Assembly: GCF_963921235.1 (NCBI RefSeq)
Contig: NC_086097.1
Location: forward strand, 162,814,001 to 162,878,000
DNA from: Mobula hypostoma
Taxonomy: Eukaryota
DNA: 64,000 nucleotides
Reading direction: 5' to 3'
Shown here: positions 51,500-63,675 of the stretch, one piece after another
Layout: each line of letters opens with the position of its first letter
Numbering within the stretch: position 1 is the first letter of the stretch
Made by a program: the position numbers and the translations under genes
Notes under the pieces: model-generated
Databases searched by the model: none
Told to the model about the DNA's origin: nothing
What the model saw: only the letters and a program-made list of their open reading frames with translations

Positions 51500-52426
51500 C
51501 TATGGAGAGAGAAGAGCCAGTAACTCTTTGATCTGATCGACAGTCAGACTGGTTGCTGATGGAGTGAGTGACTGGGTGTCTGCTGTGACCATTGCCTGGG
51601 TTTTTCCCCTCCCTTTTGGACACTGTCTCCAGCTATGTCCCGACAGGCCACAGCTGTAGCATATCAACTCCTTCACTGCCTTATACCTGGTCCAGCAGTC
51701 CTCTGCTCGGTGCCCTGGCTGCTGGCAAGCAAAACAAGCCCTCCAGGACATCACAGCAGCTGCATCCACTATACCCACTTTACGATATCTCTTGCCTTTT
51801 CTTTGGTCTATCTCACTGGCCCATGAAACTATCTCAGAGTAGTTGGACCCTACCGTTATGCCTAAACCTAAAACTTCTTGGTGGGCTGAACTCAGACCTT
51901 CCTTCAGCATTTTCAGGAAGACTGGGTCATCCCTCCCTGGGTTATCCAACCCGGAATACTCCTCGTACATTCGGTATTTACATTCTGCGTAATCCATGGC
52001 TGTCTCGTCAGCCTTTTGAATCACTGCCATTATCATTCCCCAGCTACTCTCGCCTCCCCCCAGGCGCTGTTTCACTTCCCCTTTAAAAGAGCTATGCCTT
52101 TCTTCATTACTGGCGCTCCCAGTAGTTGCCCATGTACCATCCCGCATCCCCTGGTCCATTCTGTCCCACATATTCCTCGGGCACTTGGCTTTCACTAATA
52201 CATGTATACCTTTAGGGTGCATCTGGTGAATTTCAACCATTTCCTCAAGCTTACGCCAGAATTCTGAATTCCCACAGGCGACTTTAAGTGAGGGCAACTT
52301 GGACAAAACGCTCTGTCTCTCCCCAGGGGTGAAGGGCTTATGAATAGTCGTAATCAAGGTCAAGGGCTGGCTCGGATCGTCAGGGTTCTCAGAGTTAATG
52401 TTAATGCTTCTGATCATACTTTTCAT
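51500..52426 (-). CDS. Gag-like ORF (capsid-like region plus two CCHC zinc knuckles), LTR-retroelement derived
   Basis: ATG-initiated, 308 aa; CFACQQPGHRAEDC and CYSCGLSGHSWRQC (CX2CX4HX4C); MHR-like IQKADETAMDY. Expression unknown. Confidence 0.75.
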   Translation of the reverse strand: MKSMIRSININSENPDDPSQPLTLITTIHKPFTPGERQSVLSKLPSLKVACGNSEFWRKLEEMVEIHQMHPKGIHVLVKAKCPRNMWDRMDQGMRDGTWATTGSASNEERHSSFKGEVKQRLGGGESSWGMIMAVIQKADETAMDYAECKYRMYEEYSGLDNPGRDDPVFLKMLKEGLSSAHQEVLGLGITVGSNYSEIVSWASEIDQRKGKRYRKVGIVDAAAVMSWRACFACQQPGHRAEDCWTRYKAVKELICYSCGLSGHSWRQCPKGRGKTQAMVTADTQSLTPSATSLTVDQIKELLALLSP

Positions 52427-53361
52427 CAGAACAAGGAAAAGTTGTCAATCAGACATGGGGAGAAAGCCAAGGGATACAGAGAGCCAGAATATCTCTGTTA
52501 GGGTGAGAAGGGGAAGAGGCTGGGTGACATAAGTGGTGAACTGAATGATGTTTTGTTTCCTCTCTCTCCTCATTGGCCTCTCCCCTCGGTAGATCAATTG
52601 GGATGTACAAAATTTCACTATTTTCCATCAACAGAGAGTTCTGATACCTCTGTCTTATTCAGGTTCTGTGCAGGATGGGTGAGAAACACAGGAAATGGAA
52701 TAAACATGTACAGTTAGTTCCCCATCATCTTTGGTGGAAGAGAATCTCAATCTAAGAAAAAAAGTAAGTTATTTTGGAAGTCCTAATATGGAAGGCAATG
52801 TTGTCAGAAAAAATATAACCAAGGTGGGGAAACTGAAAGAACAGAGTAGAGTCTTTATAGGAAGCAGAACAGCAAGATGTCCAGTCAAGACAGTAGTCGG
52901 TGTTCGTGGAGTTGTCAGGAATTCTGACTCCAATTAATTCCTGCAATGGAAATGGAGGAGCAGAATTAGGGAGGAGTGAAAGGAAAGAGAAAGGTGGAAA
53001 CTGGTAGCTATTTTTCTCAAGTTTGTCTGTTCTAACCAAAACAATCACAGCTTCTCCAGCCTTGCCCCAAGCTTCCCAATCCCTTATTACCAAACATTTC
53101 TGGTAAGTGCCTTTTGCAGCCTGTCTAAAGGCTTCTTATCCTTCCTAAAGTGATCAAAGTGGACACCATGCCCCATTATGACTGTGGCCAAACCAGTGTT
53201 CTAATATTAAGGTACAAGCTTGGATGAACCAAGGACTGCCCAGTTAAAAAATACTTTTGAGTTTGTTTTCTACAAAACTTATATTAGTGCTTCTACTACT
53301 CATGTTTTGTTGACCAAAATATGACTATTTGCCAAAAATGAGGTTCAATATATGAACTTAC

Positions 53362-53544
53362 CAGTCCTTGCTGAATCATTGATGAGCTCATTTGTTTCCC
53401 TGACAGTCTTATTGACCTTCATTAAAGTGCCAGATGTGGTCAACAGCTGCCGAGTGAACTGCTGAATTTCAGCAAGAGTTGCAGTTGCGGTTAGATTAGC
53501 TAAGAACGCATGATTTTTTGCCTCACGAATTGTGTTTGTGGTAC
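53362..53544 (-). CDS. LAMA1: Laminin alpha-1 exon, coiled coil
   Basis: 183 nt, cAG..GTaagt, encoding (G)TTNTIREAKNHAFLANLTATATLAEIQQFTRQLLTTSGTLMKVNKTVRETNELINDSART. Confidence 0.92.
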
Positions 53545-55372
53545 CTGCAATGTACAAATGTTGGTACTTTTGAAAGGCAGCTGGAGTTATCTAGTGAACT
53601 TCACATTTTACATTTAATATACTTTCCTTATTTTCTGTTCCTATAATTCTGAATAACTAACACTGAATCTGGATCTATGAATGCTTCAAATTTAAAACAA
53701 TAATGATCACCTCCAAATCTCTGCAAGACCTATCACCCCTTTATTTCTGAAACCTCTTCACATCTCCTCCTTTTCAGCCTCAATATTGCAGCCATGCCCT
53801 CAGCTGATAAGTCCCAAGCATTGCAGTGCTCTCCCTAATCTTCTTCGTCTTCCTACTTCTTTGTACTGAGACACAATTAAACCTAATTGAATTGACCTTT
53901 GTCACCTAAGGCTCTAGCAAATTTCTTGAGGATGTAAATGGAGATCATTCTGGTTGGTTGCATCACTGCCTGGTATCGAGGCTCCAGTGCACAGGCTGCA
54001 GAGGGTTTTAGACGCAGCCGGCTCCATCACAGTACAATCCTCCCCAACAGGAACAGCATCTTCAACAGGCAGTTCCTGGAGAAGACGGCATCCATCACAA
54101 AGGACCTTCACAATCTGGGACATATCCTCTTCCCAAAACTACCATTGGGGAGGAGGTTCAGCAGCCTGAAGACTACACTCAACTTTTTAAGAACAATTTC
54201 TTCCTCTCACCGTCAGATTTCTGAACGGTCCATTAACCCATGAACACTACCTCAGTATTCCCCCTTTGCACTATCTATCTATGTATTTATTTATATTGTA
54301 ACTTATTGTAAATTTTTATGTCTTGTACTTAACTGCTATCACAAAACAAAAAATTCACGACACATGTCAGTGATAATAAATTCAATTCTGATTCTAATAC
54401 CTCCTTATGTTCCTTGGTTTCTTTAAAATATCATGGTACCTAATTCAAAGGTTACATCATTGCAGGTCTTCATAAAGCAGATAGTCCTCAAGGTTTCCTA
54501 AGAAAGAGTTTTCTCGTTCATTAAACTGATGAATCTACTCATTGAACTTGGCTGTCATTTTGGTGTGGATCTCACCTTCCTCCTTCCCATCCCACAATGT
54601 TTTTCTAAGATTTCTGATGATACAGCAGCTTGAATTAATTTATTTCTATTTTATATAAAGAATTTCTGCTGCTCTTCACCAAGTCGCAGAACTTGTTGAA
54701 TGGACAACTTCTTTTGAATGGCTGTGGGAAAATTAGTGGACGGATCTAACTCTTAAAAGAACATAGGAGAGAGAACCTTGTAGCCCCTTGAGCCTGCTCC
54801 ATAAGCCAAGATGACCATGAATGATTCTCAAGTTCATGTTCTCACTTCATCCACATTTATTTACATCATTGACCTTTGTATCTAGAAAGCTAACTACTCT
54901 GCCCCTGAATACATTTAATGACTGAGCAGCCTGGGTTGAGAATTTTGAAGACCCATACTCCTCTGATTGACTGTACTTCCATACCTAAAATACCTCATTC
55001 CTCATCCTGAGTTGTTCGCTCAGAAACTTAGGCAACATCAACCTGCTGAGAGTCATCACTGACCTGAAGCTCACACACCTGAGACCTTTCCACCATTTCC
55101 ATGACAGCACTCAGGAGTGATGACTTGCCCACTGGCCTGGATGAGCGTGGCTTCAATTCCGCGCAAGAGGATCAACAATCTCCAGGACAGAGTAATATCA
55201 TTTGATTCTGATTTTTTAATAAAAAGAGGGCATGCTCATATAGACCAGTGTCCCACCAATCTCCTGAGAAGTGCATTAATAATTTGAACACTTATTCATG
55301 GAACTTATCAACAATATTACTCATGACAATTAGCCTTCCAAATAATGTTCAGTGGGTGCACAGATTACTTAC

Positions 55373-55489
55373 CATTAGGCAGGCCTGCCAGTAACTGCAG
55401 GGGCTCACTCAACAGTCTGCTAATATTGTGCGCACTCTTTTGAATGTGATCAACTTTCTTTTTGAGTCCACTCAGCTGGTTAACAAGAC
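55373..55489 (-). CDS. LAMA1: Laminin alpha-1 exon, coiled coil
   Basis: 117 nt, AG..GTaagt, encoding (G)LVNQLSGLKKKVDHIQKSAHNISRLLSEPLQLLAGLPN; phase 1-1. Confidence 0.88.
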
Positions 55490-57651
55490 CTGGACAGATG
55501 AGAAAACCAAAACAAGTCGTCACATACAATACTAATGATATGGAAACAGGTCCTTCAGACCAGCAAGTCTATGCTGACCATCAAGTACCCATTACACTAA
55601 TCCAATACTATTTATTCTTCCCACACCTCCATCAGCTCCCTCAAGTCCTGCCACATCTCCGAGGACTAACTGGTTAATTAGCCACTGTAAATAAATATAG
55701 TCGCCAGTTAAATTACCATTTTGCCTATTTTTGTGATGTGGTGGGAAACAGGAGCACCTGGAGGAAATTCATACAGTCACGGAGAGAAGGTGTAAACTCC
55801 ACACAGACAGTACCCGAGGTCAAATTGAATCCAGATTACTGGAACTGTGAGGCAATAGCTCTATCAGCAGCCTCACTGAACCCATCCTTAAATCCAAGAA
55901 AATTTGTCTACTCATTGGTCAACAAAGGGTGTACATTCTTTTCGGACCTATAGAGAAACTTTAGGCCTTCCCTACCACGAGCTCCCCAATCCTGCTCACA
56001 CCCTGTGATAGTGCACACTCAGTTCAGTATCTTCAATCCTTGTCAGCAGCCTCTTGCCATTGCTGCCCACTAGCTGAGTAATTCATACCAGTGGGGCTGG
56101 GCAGAGGCTGATGAAGCCATGTAGAGGAAAACTTGACACAGCAACGAGCCAAGCATTTCTTGACATTTGGAATGCATATCTCACAGGCCATTTCACCCAT
56201 CTTTTCTCTACTACAGCTTTTATAAAATCATAGATTTTATACTCATCCATTTTGACCAAAGTACCTTTTGAGTTAGTCCTATTTGCCTGCACTAAATATG
56301 CCTCGATAAATATTTCCTATCCATGAACCTGACCCAAATGGCTTTTAAAAGTTGTAACCTTATCAGCTTCTACAGATTCCTCTGACAGCTCTTTCCACAA
56401 ACATCTGTGCAATAAAACTGCTTCTCAGTTTTCCTTTTAAATCTTTTTTCCCCTTCACCTTCAACCTATGTCCTCTAAAAGATCACTCCCTACCTCCTTC
56501 ATTCTAGCAAAAATAGTTCCAGCTTATCATGCTTCCTATGGCATGGTGACTGGAACTGTGCACAGTTTTTCAGGTCCAAGTACAGACTCATCAATGTCCT
56601 GACGAAGGGTCTCACCCTGAAACATCAATTGTTTATTCTTTTCCACAGATGCTGCCTGATCTGCTGAATTCCTCCAGCATTTTGTGTGCATCCATCAGTG
56701 TCTTGTACAGCTGTGACAAAGAGTTTTCAGTGCCTAGTCTGATAAAAGGTAAGTATACCATATGCCTTCTTTACCACCTGTCTACCTATATCAACACTTT
56801 CAGCTAACTATGTACTTGTAACTCTGTCTCTCAGTTCCACAACATCCCTAGAACCCTGTCTTTCACTGTATATATCCTGTCCTGATTTAGCTGCCTAAAA
56901 TGCATTACTTCCACTTGTCTGAGTTAAATTTAAAGCAAAGAAAACATGGCAGTGCCTCTATTTCCTTGGACGTTTGCAAAGATTTGGCATGACTTCAAAA
57001 ACTTTGACAAACTTCTACAGACGTGTGGTGGAGAGAATATTGACTGATAACATTATGGTCTATTACGGAACACCAAATCCCATAAATGGAAAATCATACA
57101 AAAAGTAGTGGATATGGTCCAGTCCATCACAGGTAAATACCTCCCACCATTGATCAGATCTACATGAAGCACTGTCACAGGAAAGAAGCATCCATCATTA
57201 AAGACCCCACACCCAGGCCATGCTCTCTTCTCAGTGCCACCATCCGGAAGAAGGTACAGGAGCCTCGGGACACACACCATCAGGTTCAGGAACAGATATT
57301 ACCCCTCAAACCATTAGGGTCTTGAACCAGAAGGGATAACTTCACATGCCCCATCACTGAACTGTTCCCACAACTATGGACTCACTTTCAAGAACTCTTC
57401 ATCCCATGTTCTCAATATTTATTGCCCACAAAAAAATGACTCTCAGGGTTGTATATGGTGACGTACACGTGTACTTTGATAATAAATTTAGTTTGAACCT
57501 TGAAATTCTATCTGCCATTCTTTTACCTATCTTCCAGCAAATCTAACTCTCCTGCTCTGTTCCCCATTGCCCAGCTATTATTTTTCTTCAGTCACTTCAA
57601 GTGTAAGTTGCTCAGATCAATATGAATTCTTAAATTGGACAAGTTATTCAC

Positions 57652-57754
57652 CCGTAGTTTTCTTCTTCAAATCACTGGCATCATTAAGGAGCTTTGAACT
57701 GCGGTCAGCTGACTCCTTGCTGACTTCCTCTAGTGTCCTTTGAGGACCTTTCGC
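57652..57754 (-). CDS. LAMA1: Laminin alpha-1 exon, coiled coil
   Basis: 103 nt, ttttaccAG..GTgaat, encoding AKGPQRTLEEVSKESADRSSKLLNDASDLKKKTT. Not in the ORF track; phase 0 to 1 bridges its neighbours. Confidence 0.88.
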
Positions 57755-58039
57755 CTGGTAAAATGAAACAAAAGGAGCATTTATCGTGGACTGTTAAGTC
57801 TACAGCATCTGCAAAATACAACAATTTGGACCTGGGTACATGTTATAAAAAGTGTGCAATGCTATTGGTGACACGGTTGCTCTACATTCATTTTCTGGAG
57901 AAACTAACCGGCTTTTATTGTAAGATGTCATAGCTTACAGAAAACACAGTACAATCAATACATTACAGGAAAAGGCCCTTCAGTACATGATGTCTGTGCC
58001 AAACATGATGCCTACATTGATCCATATCCAATGGAATCT

Positions 58040-58397
58040 TTCGAATGTTGAAAGGCCTAGACAGAGTAAATGTGGAAAGGATGTTTCCCATGGTGGGGGA
58101 GAGGCCAAGAGGGCACAGCCTCAGGATAGAGGGGCGTTCATTTAAGACAGAGATGAGGAGGCATTTCTTTAGCCAGAGGGTGGTGAATTTGTGGAATTTG
58201 TTACCTCAGGCAGCTGTGGGGGCCAGGTCATTGGGTGTATTTAAGCCAGAGCTTGATAGGTTCCTGATTGGACATGGGACCAAAGGTCATGGAGAGAAGG
58301 CCAAGGAGGGGAAAAAGGATCAGCTGTGATTGAATGGCGGAGCAGACTTGATGGGCCAAATGGCCTAATTTTGCTCCTATGTCTTATTGTCTTATGT
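58040..58397 (+). mobile_element. CR1 3' fragment
   Basis: MLKGLDRVNVERMFP..FFSQRVVNLWN; very similar to 25055-25430. Confidence 0.9.
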
Positions 58398-58827
58398 CCC
58401 TACATATTCATGGGTCCGTCTAAAAACCTCATAAAAGCCAGCTAGCGCCTCTGGCAACCTGCTCCAGGCACCTACCACCACACTTTGTGGGAAAAAAACT
58501 TATCCCATGCATCACTGCTGAACTTTCCCCCATCATGTCTTGACATTTCTATCCTAAGTAAAAGATTCTGACTGTAAAAGAAACATAATTGTATAAACTT
58601 CTATCAGCTTCTGTGTTAGGTGCTGTTTCTCTGCATTTTAAATCTATTTGGTTACCTGATCAGATTGTTTCTTTTTGCTTTGCTGTACATGGACTGCTTG
58701 CTGTAAGCCAATACATATGCCCAGCACCAGCTCACTGGAGTCATCAATAGCCACCGTCTTAAATGACATGCAACAGGTCCAACAATAGTTGCTCGCATTC
58801 ATTGATGCCATTGTTATCATTCTAACA

Positions 58828-59378
58828 TAGAGACATAGAAATCTATAGCATGTTACAGGCCCTTTGGCCCACAATGTAATGTCATGTAATCTACTCTAGA
58901 AACTGCCTAGAATTTCCCTACCGCAGAGCCTTCTGGTTTTCTCAGCTCCGTGTACCTACCTAAGAGTCTCTTAAAAGACCCGCCTCTACCACCTTCACTG
59001 GCAGTTCATTCCACGCACCCACCACTCTCTGTGTGAGAAACTTAACTCTGACATTCCCCCTTGTACCTACTTCCAAGCACATTAAAACTATGCCCCCTCA
59101 TGTTAGCCATTTCAACCCTGGGAAAAAGCCTCTGGCTATCCACACAATCAATGTCTCTCATCATCTTACACACCTCTATCAGGTCACCTCTTATCCTCTG
59201 TCACTCCAAGGAGACAAGACCAAGTTCACTCAACCTATTCTCATAAGGCATGCTGTCCAATCCAGGCAAAATCCTCGTAGATCTCCTCTGCACTCTCTCT
59301 CTATAATATCCACATCCTTCCTGTAATGAGGTGACCAGAACTGAACACAGTGCTCCAAGTGGGGTCTAACTATGGTTA
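58828..59378 (-). mobile_element. CR1 3' fragment
   Basis: Similar to 25615-26040 plus 27251-27385. Confidence 0.85.
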
Positions 59379-60674
59379 GACATTTTGACCCAGTGAATTG
59401 AATAGCTAGGACTACAGATAGGACTTTAAATCAAATAAAGGTGAGGTGGAATGGGGGAGCCAAGGGAAAATGTAGGGAGTTCTCAAGGAAGTACAAAATA
59501 CTTATGCAGGGAAGCAGTACGGGTAAAAATAATCTGTGTGACAGAAGAGAAAAAGAAATAGGGTGGCTTTGTTAATAAAGGATGAGATCAGAACATTGAA
59601 GATGTAATATCAGTTTGTGTGGAGATAAGGAATTGCAAGGGGAGGAAGGTATTAATAGCAGTGGTCTGTCGGCTCCCATCTCACCCCCAACAGTAGCTAC
59701 TTTGTAGAACAAAGTACAAACAAGAAATGTTGAGGACGGATAAAATATGCAGAATTAATTATGGACAACCTTGATCTTTATAAAGATCATGCACGATCAT
59801 AGCCAGGAGAAAGAGTTCATTGTCTGTATTCAGGACTGATTTTTAGAGCAAAATGTTGGAGAATCAAATAGGGAACAGGTGATTTTTAGACATGATCAAG
59901 TGTAATGAGACAACATGGCAAGAGAAGAGTCCTAATAATATGACAAAATTTCATGTTCAGTTTGAGTGTGAGAAATTTGGTCTGAAACTAACATCTTAAA
60001 CTAAGGGAGTTATAAGGGTATAAAAGCAGAGATGACTAGTGCTGATTGGAGAAATTGATTCAAAGGTCAGGTGGTGAGTAAACAGAGACAGATATTCTCA
60101 AAAGAGATGTATTCCACTAAGAAATGAAGACTTTTAAAAAGGATAGTCCATCTTTGACTAAGTAAGGAAGTTATGAATGGTGTATAGGGGAGACTGGGAT
60201 TATGGGAAGCGGGGGAAAGAGAAGTTGGGGCCAAAAGGAGATCAGGATAGTTATCTCTTAACGAATACTGGTGAAAGACTGAGGCCAAACTGTCTAATTC
60301 TTGTTTTGTACTTGATGGTTTTAACTTGACTCCCTCCACTTTATTTCAAGGAAACTTGCAGTTCATCCTAGAATCATGCAGTCACTCTAATATTTGTTAA
60401 ATGTATTTCCTTAAGAAATAGAACCATGCTATTTGGCACTTCAAGTGTACGCTAGCTGTCAGGGCAATTCCATCAGTTCCTTTCCCCTACTTACTTTTCT
60501 GAAACCTATCCTTTCTTATCTGTCCACTGGTCAGAGCCTGTCTATCATCTTTATCATAACTTGAGCCATGAGAACAGAAATAAAATAATCTGAGACACTG
60601 TCAGTCACTGGAGAGGACCTTGTCACATTCTTCACAACCAGCAGAAATATCAGCTAAAATTTCAGAGTAAGTAA

Positions 60675-61331
60675 CACGGAAACACAGAAAATCTGCAACA
60701 CAATACAGGCCCTCCAGCCCATGGTGCTGTGTCGAACATGTACTTTCTTTAGAAATTACCTCGGTTACCCATAGCCCTCTATTTTTCTAAGCTTCATGCA
60801 CCTATCCAGGAGTCTCTTAAAAGACGCTATCGTTTCTACCTCCACCACCGTTGCCGACACCCCATTCCAGGTACTCACCACTCTCTATGTAAAAAAAAAC
60901 TTACCCCTGACATCTCCTGTGTACCTGCTTCCTAGCACCTTAAAACTGTGCCATTTCAGTGTTAGCCATTTCAGCCCTGGGAAAAAGCCTCTGACTATCC
61001 ACACGATCAATCGCTCTCATCATCTTGTACACCTCTGTCAGGTCACCTCCGTTCCTCCGTGGCTTCAAGGAGAAAAGGCCAAGTTTACTCAACCTATTCT
61101 CATAAGGCATGCTCCCCAATCCAGGCAACATCCTTGTAATTCTCCTCTGCACCCTTTCTATAGGTTCCACATCCTTCCTGTAGTGAGGTGACCAGAACTA
61201 AGCACAGTACTCCAAGTGGGGTCTGACCAGGGTTCTATATAACTGTAACATTACTTCTTGACTCCTAAACTCAGTCCCCACAGTTGATGAAGGCCAATGC
61301 ACTCTATGCCTTCTTAACCGCAGAGTCAACC
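60675..61331 (-). mobile_element. CR1 3' fragment
   Basis: ERVQRRITRMLPGL..YENRLSKLGLFSL; same subfamily as the 25615-28505 element. Confidence 0.9.
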
Positions 61332-61720
61332 AAAGTAACTAAAGAAGCTGTAACCAAATCACAACACGTTTCTGATTATCCCATTTGTCACTTCAAAGAG
61401 AGAATAATTTTTAGTGCAAACATGAGAACATCTGCAGATTCTGAAAATCCAAAGCAATACACACATAAATGATGGAGGAACTCAGCAGGTCAAGCAGTAT
61501 CTATGGAAAAGAGTAAATGGTTGGCGTTTTGGGCAGAGACCCTTCATGTCCTGATGAAAGGTCTTGGCCCAAAACGTCGACTATTTACTCTTTTCCATAG
61601 ATACTGCCTGATCTGCTGAGTTCCTCCAGCCTTTATGTGTGTTGCTAAGAACGTTTATTGGCTGGTTTGGCCATCAGACTATGACCTGACTGAGCTAAAT
61701 CCAACACAGTAAATACTCAC

Positions 61721-61859
61721 CAACTTCAAAGCAGCATCAGCTTTGCTTCTTGCATCCAAAGCAACAGCTGCAGCTTCTTCGACCAGTGCCTTTACATTGG
61801 AGTGTTCATTCACAGGCACCGTCACATTCAGAGACACGTTCCTTACCGCTGAAAGTGAA
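61721..61859 (-). CDS. LAMA1: Laminin alpha-1 exon, coiled coil
   Basis: 139 nt, AG..GT, encoding SLSAVRNVSLNVTVPVNEHSNVKALVEEAAAVALDARSKADAALKL. RNVSLN motif as in LAMA1; phases consistent. Confidence 0.92.
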
Positions 61860-62594
61860 CTAATAAAAACATTGTTCAATGCAATGACAATCACTAAATG
61901 ATTTACATGTTTAAAACAGATGCTTTCTTGGCAGTTACTAATTTTTTGTAATTTTCTGGCCTCTGGAATGGTTGATACAGAGGGAGAATCCAAAAATCAG
62001 GCAATTGGATTGTAAACATCTCCATGTGAAAAGGGTTCTCTGGAAATCTTTGCCCTTTCAAGTGCATGAATTGAGTACTTTAGAGACAAGCTTTACAGCT
62101 TGGAACTAGTTAGAATCAGCATTTATTTGCTTGGGGTAATGCATGAGTACAGCAGTCCTGCCTTCCTGGAGGCAAAAAACCTGAGAGGTTTCCCCATTTC
62201 CATATATACTCTCCACAGGGCTGAACTTTGTGCTGGAGTACAATATGCAGATGCATACTGTGCAAGATGAACAAGGACAAAATTTAGATATCATCGGTCA
62301 TTGAAATGGCAGGCGCTATGTGAGTTCTCTTTCAGATTTTGTCTTTGATTGATATGATCCAAGGATGGACTTTGCATTTTACAACAGTCGTGTTCTGGAG
62401 AGGGAGAGAGCTCCTTTTCCCAATATTTACAAAGGTTTTAAGTAGAAATATTTCTTCACAGTACAAAAACAGAACTGAAAAGATTTTGCCAATCTGACCT
62501 CAATATTTTTTACAAAACTATTTAATAGAAAATGGCATGTGATTGGTGATTACCCACTGCTCTTTTGCTAAGGAAGATATTTATACAGACTGAC

Positions 62595-62758
62595 CTGTTT
62601 AACAGATCAGCAAGGTTCCTGAGTTCTTCAGCATGGTCCTCTGCCCTGTAGACAAGGCTAAGCACACTCCTTTGAGTCATCTCCATTACCAGCTTGTCAA
62701 TGTGCCTCCTCATCTGGGCATTCCACAAATCCAGCTGATCAGTGTATTGCTCCAGAAT
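62595..62758 (-). CDS. LAMA1: Laminin alpha-1 exon, coiled-coil region (first exon found in window)
   Basis: AG/GT-bounded 164 nt encoding ILEQYTDQLDLWNAQMRRHIDKLVMEMTQRSVLSLVYRAEDHAEELRNLADLLN. Resembles human LAMA1 LWSAKIRHHIDDLVMHMSQRNAVDLVYRAEDHA (recalled). End phase 2 fits the next exon. Confidence 0.93.
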
Positions 62759-63675
62759 CTGTCGTCATAGGTACAGAGGAACAATTTTTAAACAAGTACT
62801 GAAAATACACAGAGGACACATAGCCAACCCTGACCTGAAATGCCAGCAGTCCATTTCCCTCCACAGATGCTGCCTGACCCACTGAATTCCTCCAGCATTT
62901 TGTTTCTTTGTATAGACAGCAACTGGTACCTTCTTCAGATACAGCATGGCACAAAATACAAATGAGTCATATTTCCCCATCATTGATCTCTGCCCCATTT
63001 CCCAACTCTTAGACCCAAACAATGCAGTAATCTAATCTCAACCAACACTGATGGTGGTTCAGTACCTTCCAGCTGTCCTGATTGTGAATCTGACTGAAGT
63101 GCAAGCACGTAGTGGAAAGTCATGGAAGGAATGCGATTCCGTATGTAAAGGAATTGTACATACATCACCTCATCCCAGTGAATTCTGTCACAGTTCCAGT
63201 TGCACATGCCACTGTCAGTGTTTGCATATTAAATATGGCAAAATTTAGCATCTTTCTATTTCTATGGATATCTGGGTCTTATAGGGAGAACAGCTCACAT
63301 AAAATATAAAAACTATTAAATAATTTGTTTATAATTATTTGTAAAATGCAAGTGTAATTATTTCAACTAGATTACAGCTATGTTACACTCAGTTTGGTGT
63401 CACTCCATCAAGTAACTGAGTTTTAATTACCCACACAGAATCAAATCTGCCACAATTCAAATTCTTTACAGAGTAAATATTAACTTGTCAAATGTAAAAT
63501 TAACTTTCTGACTAGCACGGCAAGCACTGATTTAAAATAAAATGATGCTTTACTTCAAATCAAATAACTGCAAATGGAAATAGTCTCTTCTCTGGTATAA
63601 TTCTTCCAACGTTAGATAGAACTAAATTTAAAATGGCTACACGTCCAGATTCAGCGGCCACTCTGGTTCCACCTG

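Noticed and set aside
52449..53093. env, LTR or extra gene upstream of the Gag ORF
   Set aside because: The short ORFs show no motif I can recognise, no matching LTR or primer-binding site was found, and the far end grades into a decayed CR1.
1973..62758. Assigning the gene to LAMA2
   Set aside because: Despite some alpha-2-like features, IKVAVSADRDCIRAYQP, RLKPLKMLE.NLSRNLSEIK and LVYRAEDHA match alpha-1 as recalled.
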